Below, piece after piece: positions 12,701 through 25,862 of a stretch of 64,000 bases of DNA. The first letter of the stretch is position 1, and the number at the start of each line of letters is the position of its first letter. Source of the stretch: Eutreptiella sp. 'Long Island Sound 2002' (lineage: Eukaryota; Protista; Euglenida); contig OZ038379.1 of NCBI GenBank assembly GCA_964036045.1, positions 49,600,001 to 49,664,000 of the forward strand, in the 5' to 3' direction. A model generated the notes under the pieces. That model saw only the letters and a list, made by a program, of their open reading frames with translations, made no database searches and had not been told where the DNA came from. The translations under genes were made by a program, and so were the position numbers.

Positions 12701-14399
12701 ATTCTATTGGTGAGGGGTGTGCACGGCATGCATCACATCCGTTCAAAAGCTGCCTAGGGTTTTGTTCTTTTGGAAGATGTGCAATATTTGCTAAATGAGG
12801 ACAACCGCTTCCCCCAATACCCATTGTGACAGCAAAATCCATCAAGTATGAAAATTGTCTGCAAACGTCAAAAATCGCATTTCCAATTAGTTCCCAAGGA
12901 GCAATGCACAAATGGTGTGTAAACCCCTGTTTTCGCTGTAGAGGTGTACAGACTGTGGTAAAAAGTGGCTTTGTGGTCAAGAAACGGACTCTCAGTTTTT
13001 CATGTATTTTGGTTAAAATTCACTTACAAGGGGGTAAATTTGATGTGCTGAATAGAGGTGATCGTAGAGTTGTTGTGGGGGGCCTTTTTGAGGGCTGCTT
13101 TTTTGCTGTCAGTTCTGACTTGGTACCTCCACCTGCATACGTCCTAGTTGGGTCTTCTAAGTGGACGGCAGCTCGCTGACTGTGGTTGTCGCCGGTCACC
13201 AACAGCAGTTGGGTGGCCCAGGTACTTAGGTTAAGAACGAGGCCAATAACTGTGAGCAGTTGGCTGGTAATTGTGGGCCACAGGGAGCTTTCCTTATGGA
13301 CTTTCTTTGGTTGTTACAGAGGCAACGATTCTGAAGGGTTCCTGGGTTCCTGCTTGTGAATTCCCTCTTCTGTCCAACATTGTGTCTGGTGCATTCGCAG
13401 TTTCTTCCCTGTACACCCTGCCCGTGCTTACTCTTTGGCCTATTCTCCTGTTCCTCCACTTTTGCTCTTTTACATGCACAGCACCTCTGGAGCCAAATCA
13501 GCCCAAGGCAATCAATTGGGTCAAGGTTGCTACAGCCCCATCCATCCCGGCACCTGCACAGAGCTATGGCTATGAAGAGGGGCCCAAAGGGGAGCTGGTG
13601 CAGCAGAGGGCTCCAAACGTTGGCCACACAGGTCCGACCTGCACTCCCATTTCACACCCCATTGCCTCCCACACAGGCCTTGCTTGGTGCTGCGCCCACC
13701 CTTCCCTGCAAAGGAGATTGCAGCGTCCATATTGCCTGGCCACCAGGGGAATCCCCCTTGCCACTTCATATTTTTTACGTGCTCTGTATGGACGCATTGT
13801 GGGTTCCCCGCATGACACAAGGAGTTGCTACCAAAACCTCTGCACCTGTTGCCGTTTTTTCTCATTTACATTTTGCAGGTGCTTTTTGCATCCACATTTG
13901 ACAGATGCCTCCTGCAGCCAGATACAGAGCCGCAAAGGGGCAAGACTCAAACTTGCATGGGAGGGGGGTTGTACTGTATGGGGTGGTTGGTTTACATTCA
14001 CAATCGGTGTCCAGTGCCATGTCTTTTGTTTGACCTGCCTTTTGGTCAAGGTCCTTTGTGTTTCTTGAGAGTGGGAAAGGACAAAGACTCACAATTGCTG
14101 CATACACCCCCTATTGCGCCCACTGCCATGCTGGTGCTAGCAGGTGCCTGAGTGTTCAGTGGCTGAGTCGCAGCTGATGCAGGCACCACCCAATCTGGGA
14201 TACCCATTGCGTCAGGGAAGACGCCACACAGGTGCGTGCCACCCTGCGTAAGCAACTGTGGCGGGATGGCCTCCACCCTCTGCTAGAAGCAAGGCACCAT
14301 TAGGGGGCCGTTTCTCCCTGTGCCTCCTGTTCCTTACCTTTGCACAGTGCCATGCTCTCTGTCCTGGGGTGGCATGGTAGGTTGAGGTGTTGCATGCCA

Positions 14400-15000
14400 A
14401 GGGCATGTCATGCGGAGGGCAATCACGGGTAAGATTGAGTATGGTGAGGCCAACCGACCAGGGAAGGCATCAGGGTTAGTCTCACAGCCTGATTCCTCAG
14501 CCCACAATGCACTACCTCCTTCGTGGGTGCAGGTCTACAAAACACGACTCGCAGCCCCGCTGCCATCAACCTCAGGAAAGCCCCCAAAGAAGGCCTCCCC
14601 CATGTTTTGCGGGGGTTGGAACTGCCGCAACATTGCTCAATATCTCATGAGATCCCCCCCCCCCCTGTGCGCAACACCTAGAGACCTGACAACCCTGGCA
14701 CAGCTCTCTATCCCCCCCATTGATTTCACCTTCATCCAAGTTGCGCAGCGGAAAAAATACCAGTGGTTGAGCGACTGCGGAACCGGCTGCCTAAGGCCAC
14801 GCTGTGCCCCATCGACCATCAACTGGGGGATGTCAAACAATCGGTGGTGGGGTGCAGGTTTCTCAAAGTGGCCTTTCACCTTGCAATTCAGTGCTTGGGG
14901 CCAGCGAGATGCGAAGACTTGGATGAATGAGACCCCAGATCCTACTCTGGGACCAGCCCATTTTCTCCCTTCAGTCACCAGTAGGCTTTGCCACGTGGTT
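14400..15000 (-). pseudogene. Highly decayed non-LTR (LINE) reverse transcriptase fragment
   Basis: Minus-strand remnants KPAPHHRLFDI, LGVAHRGG (GVxQG-like) and EVDG (xxDD-like) in RT order, with frameshifts. Confidence 0.35.
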
Positions 15001-15119
15001 GTTGGTCAGCAGTCAAGGCCACTTGGCAGTGCACAGTTTGGTCAAATTCAAGCTGGTGCATCCCATGTTGGATTTCTTCCTCACATAGTGGCTGTGTTTT
15101 ACATTGGTGGGTAGGCTTC

Positions 15120-15990
15120 GTGTCAAGCGTAAGTCGCTTATTTTCTTTTTATTTGGCGTAAGTCGTTTTTTTTTGGCGTAAGTCGAGTGTGAAAAAAAAC
15201 AACTCAAAAATCACCTCGAAGAGAGGTTGTTAGATCAAGCGCAGGCGCGGGCGTCGTATACCCCCCTTTTTGGGGCTCATTTGCGTAGCATACCCCAAGG
15301 CATGATATTTGATGTCCAACCCCTTGTAAAATCATTATTTTGCCCAATAAGACCATCCCCCTATGGATTTTTTGATTCTGAGGCCTGTATCCCCTAAAAC
15401 CGGATAACACTTTTTTGAGGGGGGGGCTGGGGGGGGTCAAAAGTTTCGCTGGGAAGGCTCCAAGCAATGGGAGACAAGGCCGTGCCGCATTCGCCCCCAG
15501 TCGAATGGTAACGCAGCCAACTGCCCATTTTTCGGTCGGCGGTTGGAATCCTGGTGTTGCGCGCCGGCGGCGGCGCTGCCACCGTATTGCCCGCACCAGG
15601 GTTCGAACCGCCGACCAAAAAGTCTGCTTTACCATTCGGCCGCTGCCCATTCTACACCGCTTTTTCTCCCCACTGTCTTACTGACTGATGGCCTGTCTAA
15701 TTGACTGACGGCCTCTCTTCGAGGTGCACTGCCAAAGGCAATACAATTTGTGGTACGCGACTTACGCTTTTTTTCTGCCGCGAACTACACCCAAAAATAA
15801 AAGTTACGCGACTTACGCTTTTAAGAAATAAGCGAGCTACGCTTTTTTTGTAACGCGACCCACACTTTTTTTGATACGCGACCCAGAGCAAATAAAAACA
15901 AATTAGCGAGTTACTTTTTTTTTACGCGACCTACGCTTATTTTGATACGCAACCTGCTGCAACCTACCGCCAAAAGACATAAAAATAAGG
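15120..15990. mobile_element. Fold-back/MITE-like element: perfect 15-bp inverted repeat flanked by oppositely oriented GCGACTTACGC arrays
   Basis: CACCTCGAAGAGAGG at 15212-15226 and CCTCTCTTCGAGGTG at 15712-15726. GCGTAAGTCG copies at 15128-15190; CGACTTACGC-like copies at 15757-15945. No TSD seen. Confidence 0.6.
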
Positions 15991-16024
15991 GCGATGAGGC
16001 AGCCCTTTCTGATTTTGTTCCCCT

Positions 16025-18297
16025 TTGCACGGGGGGGGGGAGGCGGGCCCATTCCTTGTATCCCCCCCCCCCCCCCGGGTTTTGAGAGATAGTGGGTTGG
16101 GGGCATGGCACCAAAGCCCCCCCCCTTTTTTTGCATGGCACCAACGGCACCCCCTTTTTTTCGCATGGTGCCAACGGCGCCCCCTGTTTTTTGCATGGTG
16201 CCAAAGGGCGCCCCCTGTTTTCTTTTCATCAAACCATCGGTGCTTTTGAGCGCCAGATTAGCAAGAGGAGGCGCTATACAAATGTCGTTTGTTGCGAAGT
16301 GCTTTCCGGCGGAAGATTAGCAAGACGGGCCGCTACACAAATGTTGTTTGTTGTGAAGTGAAGATCGTGCACTTGGAACAAAACCCTGGCCCAAGTGCAG
16401 CGCCAAATTGTTTTAGGGGCGAACACAGTACTGCGTCCTTTTTTTCCTTTTTGTTTCTTTTTCCCACGCGACAAGTTGTACCACGATGTGGTCCAGGAGC
16501 CACAGGCATGGACTATGGCGGTGACATACATTGTGTCTTGCCTAAAGATGATGAAGTACGAAGACAATAAGGGCAACAACCATACAACCATTGGTTTGCC
16601 TTGGAGGTAGCGCCACATATTTATTGTCAATAGTGACGATTGTGAAGGGCTCCATTGGTTTCTTTGTGCCATCGACTGCAAAGTCCCAGTATGGGCCTTC
16701 AAAGTCCACATTTGGGAGCCACTTTGGGGTAATTCTTTGGTCCGGGCAATGTTGAGACGCCTCCAGTCAAAGGGTGTGGCCGCACATGCTCAAGCTTTAG
16801 GTTTTCAAGAGGATTGTTGGTCATGTGGCTATCAATCGCTGCATGTTTGTGATGAGGTGGCTGGCCAAAGGGAAAGTGTGCATGATATTGTTGTTACACC
16901 TTTGCCGAAAGGATTCATCAATGAAGCACTACGTATCATCAATGAAGATCACTCCGTCCGAGTCCCCGGCACCATCCCGGAGAATGGGTGGGAGGGGGAG
17001 GTGACTTGCTGGAAGCCTGGAGAATGTCCTCCTACCCTAGCCTCCATCCCTGAGTCCCCGCCCCCATCTACTTCCTCCCTCTTTTTCGATGAAGAGTATC
17101 CTCTTTCGGAACCCGAAGGCAACATTGCTGCCTCCTCCTTGAACCCAACAGTTTGAGACTTTCCTACCTTCCCGGCCACCAACTCCGAGGACGTGCCCCA
17201 AGATGGGAGGTCAACAAAGGGCAATGTTGAGGCCATTCCATAGACACCTTAGTCCACTTCCCCTTCTAACCCCCCACAAATGATGATGCCCGTCCATACG
17301 TGTTCATCCGTGGGAAGCTTTTCGAGGTGCCCGAGGCGTACCCAAAGGGCGCAAAGGGTCGGTTGGTGAAGGACGAACGATTTATTCGAGAGCTAGAAGA
17401 GTTGCTTACGAAGGACATCCATAACGCTTGTGTGTGGAACACGAATCCGCGTGCAAAGCCAAAGATATCGGACACAAAGTCTGATTTGATCTACAAGCGT
17501 TTGTTTGCCAACTTCTTGTAGTTGGTCCCATGCCATTATGGTTGCATGCGAAGAATGTAGTTGGCCCGAGGTGAACGGACTTTGGTGGTATCGCTGGCTT
17601 GAGCTTCGTAGCCAGTGGCACCGGTAGCAATATAGTCATTTTGATACCGCTGGCCAAAGGCTGAAGGGCAAATTGCATTTTTTGTTTGCGGTCATGATGA
17701 GTGTGCTCCATGTTATTTCCGCCATTTGCCAGTGATGAGTATAAAAGCCACATTTCACGCCACGGCTCCATTGCTTTACCCGTGCTGGAGGTACCCAAAG
17801 TGTCCGTGGGGGCTATATGCTTTACCTCCTCCGGTAGCGATGGCGGTTGTGGGGTGGTTCTTGTGTTTCCCCGCCTTTTTTTATAAGGAAAATAGGGGTT
17901 TTTTTCCCATGCGCGATTCAAGCCCAAAAATAAAGTTCATGCGACTTACACCAAAAGAAAATTTTTGTCGAAAAAAAACGAGATTTACGCCCAAAAAAAT
18001 TTCCGCAATTTATGCCAAAAAAAACATAAAAAAGCGACTTACACTTATTTCCCAATTGAGCTACGCTTTTCTCAGTAGGCTCACGGGGGGGGGGGGGGCT
18101 GGGCCCAGTCCTTGTATGCGACAACCCATAGCCCCCCCCCCCCCCCCCCGGGTTTTGAGAGATAGTGGTGTTGGGACCATGGCACCAACGGCGCCGAAGT
18201 TTTGTGTGCATGCTTCCCTTTCATCAAACCATCCATGTTTTGAGCGCCAGAGTAGCAAGACGAGGCGCTCAACAAATGTTGTTTGTTGCAAAGTGAA
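16025..18297 (+). repeat. Direct repeat pair (16025-16360 and 18085-18297), each preceded by CGACTTAC arrays and ending ...GTTGTTTGTTG-AAGTG
   Basis: Shared gggccc-ttccttgtat...ccccgggttttgagagatagtgg...ttttgagcgccag...caaatgttgtttgttg; probably two copies of a transposon terminus. Confidence 0.75.
16395..17156 (+). pseudogene. Ulp1/C48 (SUMO protease-like) cysteine protease relic
   Basis: One frame with a single stop at 16608-16610: IFIVNSDDCEGLHWFLCAIDC...VHIWEPL...GFQEDCWSCGYQSL = His (HW), acidic residue, Gln and Cys (SCG) of the C48 fold. Confidence 0.7.
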
Positions 18298-19899
18298 AGA
18301 TCACCACAACTACTGTGGACACACTTGCCCTTGTGCATACCCTACTTCACAACAGCCACCAGCAGTTTCCCTAGTCCCACCCCAAATACACATCCCCCCT
18401 GGAGGTATGCATTTTGTAGTAGTGCCCCCCCCCCCCCACGGGCGAAGCCCTCCCACGGGTGAACACCCCCCCCCAAACACCCTCCGGCCGAACCCCCCCC
18501 CCCAAAACCCTCCAGCCCCCCCCCTACATCCTCTAGCCGAACCCCCCCCCCCAATTGCCCACCAGCCCCCTCCCCCCGCACGTTTTAGCAGATCCTTTGG
18601 GGGGGGGGATTGTCGCATCAGGACCGGTTGTAGTCGCCCCCGCCCCCCGTGGGTAAGCTTCCCTCAGCTCAACCTTCCAAACACTAAGGCCAGGACCTGC
18701 ATATGGCCATCCATCTTCTGAAAGACACTGGGCACCTCCAACACCCGTGCATGCAAGGTGGTGGTGGTGGGGGGTGGGTGTGCAGGATTTGCACCTGCAC
18801 TAGTATGGGCTGGAGCTTGCCTTGGACCCCCCCCCCCCCGCACTATTGCCCACCGTGCTATCGTGGGGGGGGTGGGGTGAAAACGGGCACGGGTGTCCAC
18901 TCTTGGAACACCCATGGTTTTCGAGGCCCGGACAGTCGCGAGGGCCAGGGCGTCACTCCGCTAATTTACGTGCTCTGGAGGTCTAAACTCCTTCTGTGGT
19001 TGCATTGTCACGGAGTGCCCTAGCCCTCACGATGGTTGCACGGCGCCCCTATGTTTGCGTGCTACGTCCTTTTGTCTCGTGTCCACATGCTCCCATTTTC
19101 CCGTACCTTGTACACGTACTCGCACATGTTTGTCAACAACGTCCCCTAAACTTTTCCGAAATCTAAGCAGTCTTTGTACCATCCCAAGCACCGAATTCAA
19201 GACTTAACGTCTTGGCATTCGGAAAAGCATGTCTGTGTACTGGGAGTGTACCATGTGTCCGCCGCTCTACATGTAGAAAACCAACGCTGCCACGAAACTC
19301 GCACCCTTGACAATGTCTAGTTGTGCTCTAGTATGGTATACCCAGCTAGGCAACGTTGGACCGTGGTGCCACAGCACAAGACAAACCATCGATGGCACTC
19401 AAGTAGATCCCGGGCTGCACCCGGGGTGGGCAGGTCGATAATGTAGTAGGCCGCTTGTTGGCGTAGGACAAACATGGGCCGCCTAGGCTTTTCTAGCAAA
19501 ATTGTGTTGTGGTGCCACCAATAGACGGTGTCCCTTGTTGCAGCGTGGTGAATGCGTTGCTTTGGATCATATGCTGACGCCCTCGTGAGGTAATGCCAAA
19601 GATGCAGATGCAGTGCATGCGGTACCCTGGTAGCCTTAGGCTCGGCTACTTTCCAGCTCCTGCACGCAAGAGGTGATTGGTCGGGTATAAAGATTGATAC
19701 GCACAGGATCCGCTACCTGACAGGAACCGGTCCCCATAGTCATGAAGTTGCAGGGGTTGAGAGGCACAAGACAACTGTAGTATAGTCTTCCAAAAGCTGA
19801 AAAAATTTGTGCCACCTTGTGTGGAGGTTGCCCCATGACGGACGAGAGCTCGCTGTGATGGAGTGAGAACATGGCCAGTCACTGACAGGGTGACCCAAG

Positions 19900-21130
19900 A
19901 AACCGCAATTAAAGGGCAGTTGGAGATGTCTTGCGTAGTAAAACCCAGATACGAAAGCCCCCACTGTATTAGTACTCCCCATCACGTGGGGAGGGATATC
20001 GACCATTAAGGTTCGATGCGACGTAGCTCCGCCGCCATCTCAAAGTACAAAATGGCTCTCCAAAAGCCTCCATATTGACAAACGTCTTGGTAGGGTGCAG
20101 CCATGACAGGCTTCCCACAGAAACACGCTGAACACGCAAAGATGTGTCTAGACCATGTCGGAAAGTGACCATTCGAGGATTCTTCCCCCACGCTCCAGAG
20201 GCACCATGGGATACGTAATAAGCATAGGTCGCCACCGCGGGGTTTTATTCCACGTCGTGTTGTTTGGGACGATGCTTCCTCACTGAACGGTCCAGCACCG
20301 CCCGCGTATCATGAAATTGTATTCCGTACTTACAAAACCCCGGCTTAAGTGGTTGTAGACCTTCGATTTACCCTAGGGGCGTTGGGTTAGCCGGCCATGC
20401 TTGTGCTCTGGCTTCTGGATCAACGGCATCCATTGCCGCGTCTAACAAGGTACCATCCTAATGAGGGTACAAGTGTTTGGGGGGGGATTAGCAGCCATCG
20501 AGCAATACTCAACAAGCAGGAGATCCACCAAACCTGTGCCGAGGTGACTCAGCCGGCGGGAATGAAGAGCCATGATGTATGATTTCGAGTACATGAAAAT
20601 GCCGCCTTCTCAAAGGCTACGTACTGTGGCACAAGAGACACGTGGCGCCTCCCGGAGCACACTCTTGACCCGAAACAAAACCCAGGTCGGGTAGACCTCC
20701 ACTATGTAAGAGTGGTCAAGCTAGCATTGAATTGACCCCGGCCACGTGAGCGTTTCTAGGCAGCAAAAGCCCGCCCACGGCCGTTGGAGGGGAACCACGA
20801 GCCATGACTGACAAAGAACAGGTGCCGGGGACCTCAGAAGATGTAGGTAGACATTGTAACAAAGGGAGTAACGCCCTATACCAAGGCAAAGAACGTTCCA
20901 ACCGCCACTGCCATGGAGCGACCGGCCAACCTGCAGCATGCACATTTTTCAAAGTGTAGTATCCTGGATCCATCCATGCATGGATGGATGGCCACTGGTT
21001 GCCAAGCATGCACCGCTCTGCACATGACATGACTGATCGCCTATGTACCCTTTGTGCACCACACTTTTGAATGAACTCGCTCACTTCGCTGACTTTTGGC
21101 CCATTTTCCTGTGGTTTTGCGTCTTTGTGC
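19900..21130 (-). pseudogene. Highly decayed LINE ORF2 reverse transcriptase
   Basis: In order on the minus strand: PKVSEVSEFIQK, WMDPGYY (PG.DG-like), KHLYPH, KVYNHLSRGF (KAYD-like), RVSVGSLS..FVNMEAF (RQG.PLSP-like). Confidence 0.4.
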
Positions 21131-21329
21131 CCATTTACTGTGCTTTCTTCGCCAAAAATTAAAGAAAATTCTAAACATGCAAGATGTAGTTTGAATCGTT
21201 GGAAAAACAGCTTACATTGGGAAAAAATTGCTAAAATTCGCATTATTCGTATTGTCGTACACGATGGCGTTTGCATTTCTCAGTCACATTGGTATTTGCG
21301 CGAAAATCGCGATTTTGAAGGCAATTCAT

Positions 21330-21560
21330 CTCACCTCACCTCACCACACCATGCACACCACACCACACCACACCACACCACCCCACACCACACCACACCA
21401 CACCACCCCACAACACCCCACAACACACCACACCACACCACAACACACCACACCGCACCACACCACAGGTCGCCGCACCACACCGTACTACACTACACCA
21501 CAACACCCCTCCCCACCACACACATCACCACACCACACCACACTACACCACACCACACCT
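21330..21560 (+). repeat. (CACCA)n-type microsatellite
   Basis: Direct reading of the sequence. Confidence 0.95.
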
Positions 21561-21664
21561 ACCTACCGACGCCCCCACCACTTCTTCCTGTTTGCCCATC
21601 GGTTCCCTTTGTCGTGCCCTTCCCCTCCTTTTTTTTTAATGTGTGGTACATGGAGCAGCAGCCG

Positions 21665-24330
21665 CATACATTATCTGTCTTTCAGATATGCTTCTGTGTT
21701 TGTTTGTGTGCGCTTATGCGTGTGGATGCGTCCGTGAGTGTTTCTGCACATTGGTGTGTGGTTGTGTGTGGGTGCGTGTGAGGCGGGTGTGGCGTTTGGG
21801 TTGTCTTTGTGCCCCGTTGTAGAGCAATAAATTGCTTGGGCTCGGGAGGTGGAGGGCTTTGGAGGGGATGACACGGGGAAGTTTATTTGGGACACAAGAA
21901 TGGGAGAGAACGGGGGGGTGTCGGGTATCAACATTGTTGCACCCCAAGACTAGGGTTGTGTTTGAAGGGGGTGCTGCAGGCGTGTGTGTGTTGGGGAGGG
22001 GGGGGGGTGGCATGGACAACCCAAAGAAGCCGTTGTGGTGCTGTAGCTCCACATAGTCGTGCGAAGGTGGCGCGAATTCCCTGCATTATCTTTCTTTGAG
22101 GTCTGCTCGTGTGTTTGTTTGTGTGTGCTTATGCTTGTGGATGTGTCTGTGCGTGTGTGTGCACATTGGTGTGTCGTTGTGTGTGGGTGCGTGTGAGGCG
22201 GGTGGGGGGTTCGGGTTGTCTCTCCGCCCCTTTGTGAGACAATAAATTTGTTGGGGTTGGGAGGCGGAGGGCTTTGGAGGGGATGACACGGGGAAGTTTA
22301 TTTGGGACACAACAATAGAACCAAAGGGGGGGGGGTCGAATATGAGGATTGTTGCACCGCAGGTTCAGGGCTATAAAGGTTTGAAGGGGGTGCTGCAAGG
22401 GGGTGGGGGGGTTGTGTTGGGGAGCAAGGGGGGGGGGGGTTTACAGCCCCTAGAAGGCGATGCGGTGCTGTAGCCCGAAATATTCGCGGGAAGCTCGCGA
22501 AACTAGCACTACAATCGCGCGAAGATGACGCCACACTGGCCCAAAGATCGCCGAATAGCCTGCATTATCTTTCTTTCATGTATGCTTCTGTGTTTATTTG
22601 TGTGTGCTTATGTGTGTGTATGCGGCTGTGGGTGGGTGTGTACATTGGTGTGTGGTTGTGTGTTGGTGCGTGTGAGGCGGGTGGGGGGTTTGGGTTGTGT
22701 GTGTGCCCCGTTGTAGAACGAAAAATTTGTTGGGCTCGGGAGGTGGAGGGCTTTGGAAGGGATGACACAGGGAAGTTCATTTGGGACACAACAGTAGGAG
22801 AAAAAGGGGGAGGTGATGGGTAGCAGGGTTGCTGCACCCCAGGACCAAGGCTGCGTTTGAAGGGGGCGCTGCACGGGGGGGGGGGGGGGCATTGACAGCC
22901 CCCAGAAGGCGATGTGGTGCTGCGGCGTGAGACATTCGCGCGAAGTTCACGACACTAGCACGAAGATGGCGCGAAGATCGCCGAATAGCCTGTGTTACCA
23001 TTCTTTCATGTATGCTTCTGTGTTTGTTTGTGTGCGCTTGTGTGTGTGTATCTGGCTGTGGGTGGGTGTGTACATTGGTGTGGGTGGGTGTGTACATTGG
23101 TGTGTGGCTGTGTGTTGGTGCGCGTGAGGCAGGTGGGGGGGGTGGGTTGTCAGTGTTCCCCCCTGTAGAACAATAAATTTGTTGGGCTCTTTGGAAGGGA
23201 TGACACAAGGAAGTTCATTTGGGACACAACAATAGAACAGTAGGAGAAAAGGGCGGAGGTGTTGGGTAGCACGGTTGGTGCACCCCATGACTAGGGCTGT
23301 GTTTGAAGGGGGTGCTGCAGGGGGGGTGGGGGGCATTGACAGCCCCCAGCAGACGTTGTGGTGCAATAGCGCCAGACGTTCGCACGAAAATCGCGCGAAG
23401 ATGTACCAAAATTGCGCGAATGCCCTGCATTCTCTTTCTTTCAGATGTGCTTCTGTGTTTGTTTGTGTGCGCTTATGCGTGTGGATGCGTCTGCGGGTGT
23501 GTCCGCACAGTGGTGTTTGGCTCTGTGTGGGTGTATGTGGGGGGTTCGGGTTGTCTGTGCGCCCCCTTGTATAACAATAAATTTGTTGGGCTTAGGAGGC
23601 GGAGGGCTTTGGAGGGATTGACATGGGGAAGTTTATTTGGGACACAACAGTAGGAGAACAGGGGTGTGTGTGGGATATCAGGATTGCTGCACCCCATCAC
23701 TAGGGGTGTGTTTGAAGGGGGAGCTGCACGGGGGGGGTGTTGGGGTGGGAGCGGGGGGGGGGGTCAACAGCCCCCAGAAGGCGCACTGGTGCTGTAGCGC
23801 GAGATATTTGCGCGAAACTAGCACGGAAATCGCACGAAGATGGCGCGAAATCAGTGGGAAGATCGTGGGAGTTGCCCGCATTATCTTTCTTTCATGTATG
23901 CTTTCATGTATTTATGTATGTGTTTGTTTGTGTGCGCTTATGCGTCTGTATGTGGCTGTGGGTGGGTGTGCACATTGGTGTGTGGCTGTGTGTAGGTGCG
24001 TGTGAGGCGCGTGGGGGGTTTGGGTTGTATGTGCGCCCCCTTGTAGAACAATAAATTTGTTGGGCTCGGCAGGTTGAGGGCTTTGGAAGTGATGACGCAG
24101 AGAAGTTGAATTGGGAGACAACAATAGGAGAAGGGGGGGGGGGGGCACTGGCGGGTATCAAGATCAAGATTGCTGCACCCCAGGACCACAACTGTGTTAG
24201 AAGGGGGTGCTGCGGGGGGGGGGGGGGGGTCGGTCTGGGGAGCGGTGGGGGGGGGGGAATGGACAACCCCTAGAAGGCGCTGTGGTGCTGTAGTGCCAGA
24301 TATTCGCACCAGAATTGCGGGGAGTTTGCA
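21665..24330 (+). repeat. Tandem repeat, about 6 copies of a ~415-480-bp unit with GT-rich and G-tract segments
   Basis: attatctttct..tatgcttctgtgtttgtttgtgtg recurs at about 21670, 22085, 22562, 22995, 23428, 23880. Shared ggagggctttggaggggatgacac and gaagtttatttgggacac. Confidence 0.92.
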
Positions 24331-24783
24331 CGAATTGTCCGCATCATCTTTCGTGCGTGTATGCGGTGACAAGGGGGGTGAGGTGGGGGGTGACAAGGAA
24401 GGTGAGGAGGAAGGGGACACGGGGGCTAAGAAGGGGGGTGCCGGGGGTAAGAATGCGCCCCGGCAACCCCCCAGCACGCGGGAGGGGTAGCTTGTGTGTC
24501 GCGACTCACGAAAGGGGGGCGCAGGGGTAGGGGGGCTAATTGGGCTAACCGGGCTAATCGGGCTAACTCACCACCAAATGACCAGGCGCTGGCCCGCCAA
24601 GTGACGTTGGAAATGATCGAAGGGGTGGGGTTGGGGGGCTAACCGGGCCAACCGGAGGCCGGTGGGGGGGGAAAGGGCCCTCCGTGAGTCGAGTGGAGCA
24701 TCGGGACCCTGTCATTCGCCACAGGTGGCCATGGTAGCGGGGGAGCCTCTCTTTGAGGAGTGGCGGAGCATAGAAAACATGTA

Positions 24784-24816
<33 letters not shown>

Positions 24817-25058
24817 CCCAAATTCAGCTGAAAACAGTGAAATTGTGGGGGAAAACCCTGGGCCCCCGAGTACGGATAGTGGGGTCCAAGTTGCAATCCT
24901 CAAAGTACCCACCACGTACCCCACGGGGGGCGGGGGGCACCACTTTTTTCTATTCTAGCCTTCTAGCACCACCTAGGCTAGAATGAGATCGGGTCTTCTA
25001 GGGTGTATCAAGCGGGACCGCAACCGCGCCGCAAGCTGCGCCAAGCATCCACGGCGCG

Positions 25059-25862
25059 GTGCACCCGACTCTCGTCGCGTGGCAATTGTGGGCTCAAACA
25101 TCATGGCCACTCATACTCAACAATAAGTTGGCACAGGTAGCTGTGCAGTTGAGCGAAGAAGTCATCAACCATGGCTTCTACTCTGGGGTCGCACCGCAGT
25201 TCCCAACCTACGCCGGGGTGACAGTCCCGCTGACGCAGATCCTTCTGTACTGTGCCGCCTATCGTTACAAGAACGGCGTAATCCGCATTTTCGAGCTCCG
25301 CATGTTCACCCCCTACTCACCGCCAACAACGACACGGACGCCATCAAGAGCGGCACCACCACTCGTACCGCCAACGGAGGCAGCCAACCGGTTCGCGCCG
25401 GACACCTCTGCACTAGCGCCCCTTCCATTGGGACCGGTGCCCAAGCCAACATCAAACACACCAACCAACGCCATAGCCCTGCTCGGGGCAAAATCATTGG
25501 CAGGGCAACACATCCAGGAGCTCACCAGAGTGCTTGCACAAACAAGGATGTGGTCCACTGCTGGTCGCGCGTCGTGGACTGTGGGTCCCGTTTTTTGGAC
25601 GGGCGGGGTTGGCTACGTTGGTTTCAGGGGCGTCGCACATATGGTCGGGGGCGTTGGTTCCCATCGCACGTGCGATTCAATGCGGGGCCCCAGCTTGGGC
25701 CAATATGAGCTGCGCGGTAGCCACTGCCTAATCCGTTGCGGTGGTTGCTTGGGCGGCTGCCATTACTGGCGCGGGGCGTTGCTGGGCTGGGGCTGCCAGC
25801 TGTGCCTCGCATGCTTGGCTTCCTTAGTGCCACTGCCCGCAACTGCAACAGGGTGCCAGTAG
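25059..25862 (+). CDS. Unidentified ORF (267 aa; N-terminal ~165 aa protein-like), probably transposon-derived
   Basis: Non-repetitive stretch (HGFYSGVAPQFPTYAG...LLYCAAYRYKNGVIRIFELR) followed by a Pro/Thr-rich linker; no recognised motif. Confidence 0.3.
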   Translation: MHPTLVAWQLWAQTSWPLILNNKLAQVAVQLSEEVINHGFYSGVAPQFPTYAGVTVPLTQILLYCAAYRYKNGVIRIFELRMFTPYSPPTTTRTPSRAAPPLVPPTEAANRFAPDTSALAPLPLGPVPKPTSNTPTNAIALLGAKSLAGQHIQELTRVLAQTRMWSTAGRASWTVGPVFWTGGVGYVGFRGVAHMVGGVGSHRTCDSMRGPSLGQYELRGSHCLIRCGGCLGGCHYWRGALLGWGCQLCLACLASLVPLPATATGCQ

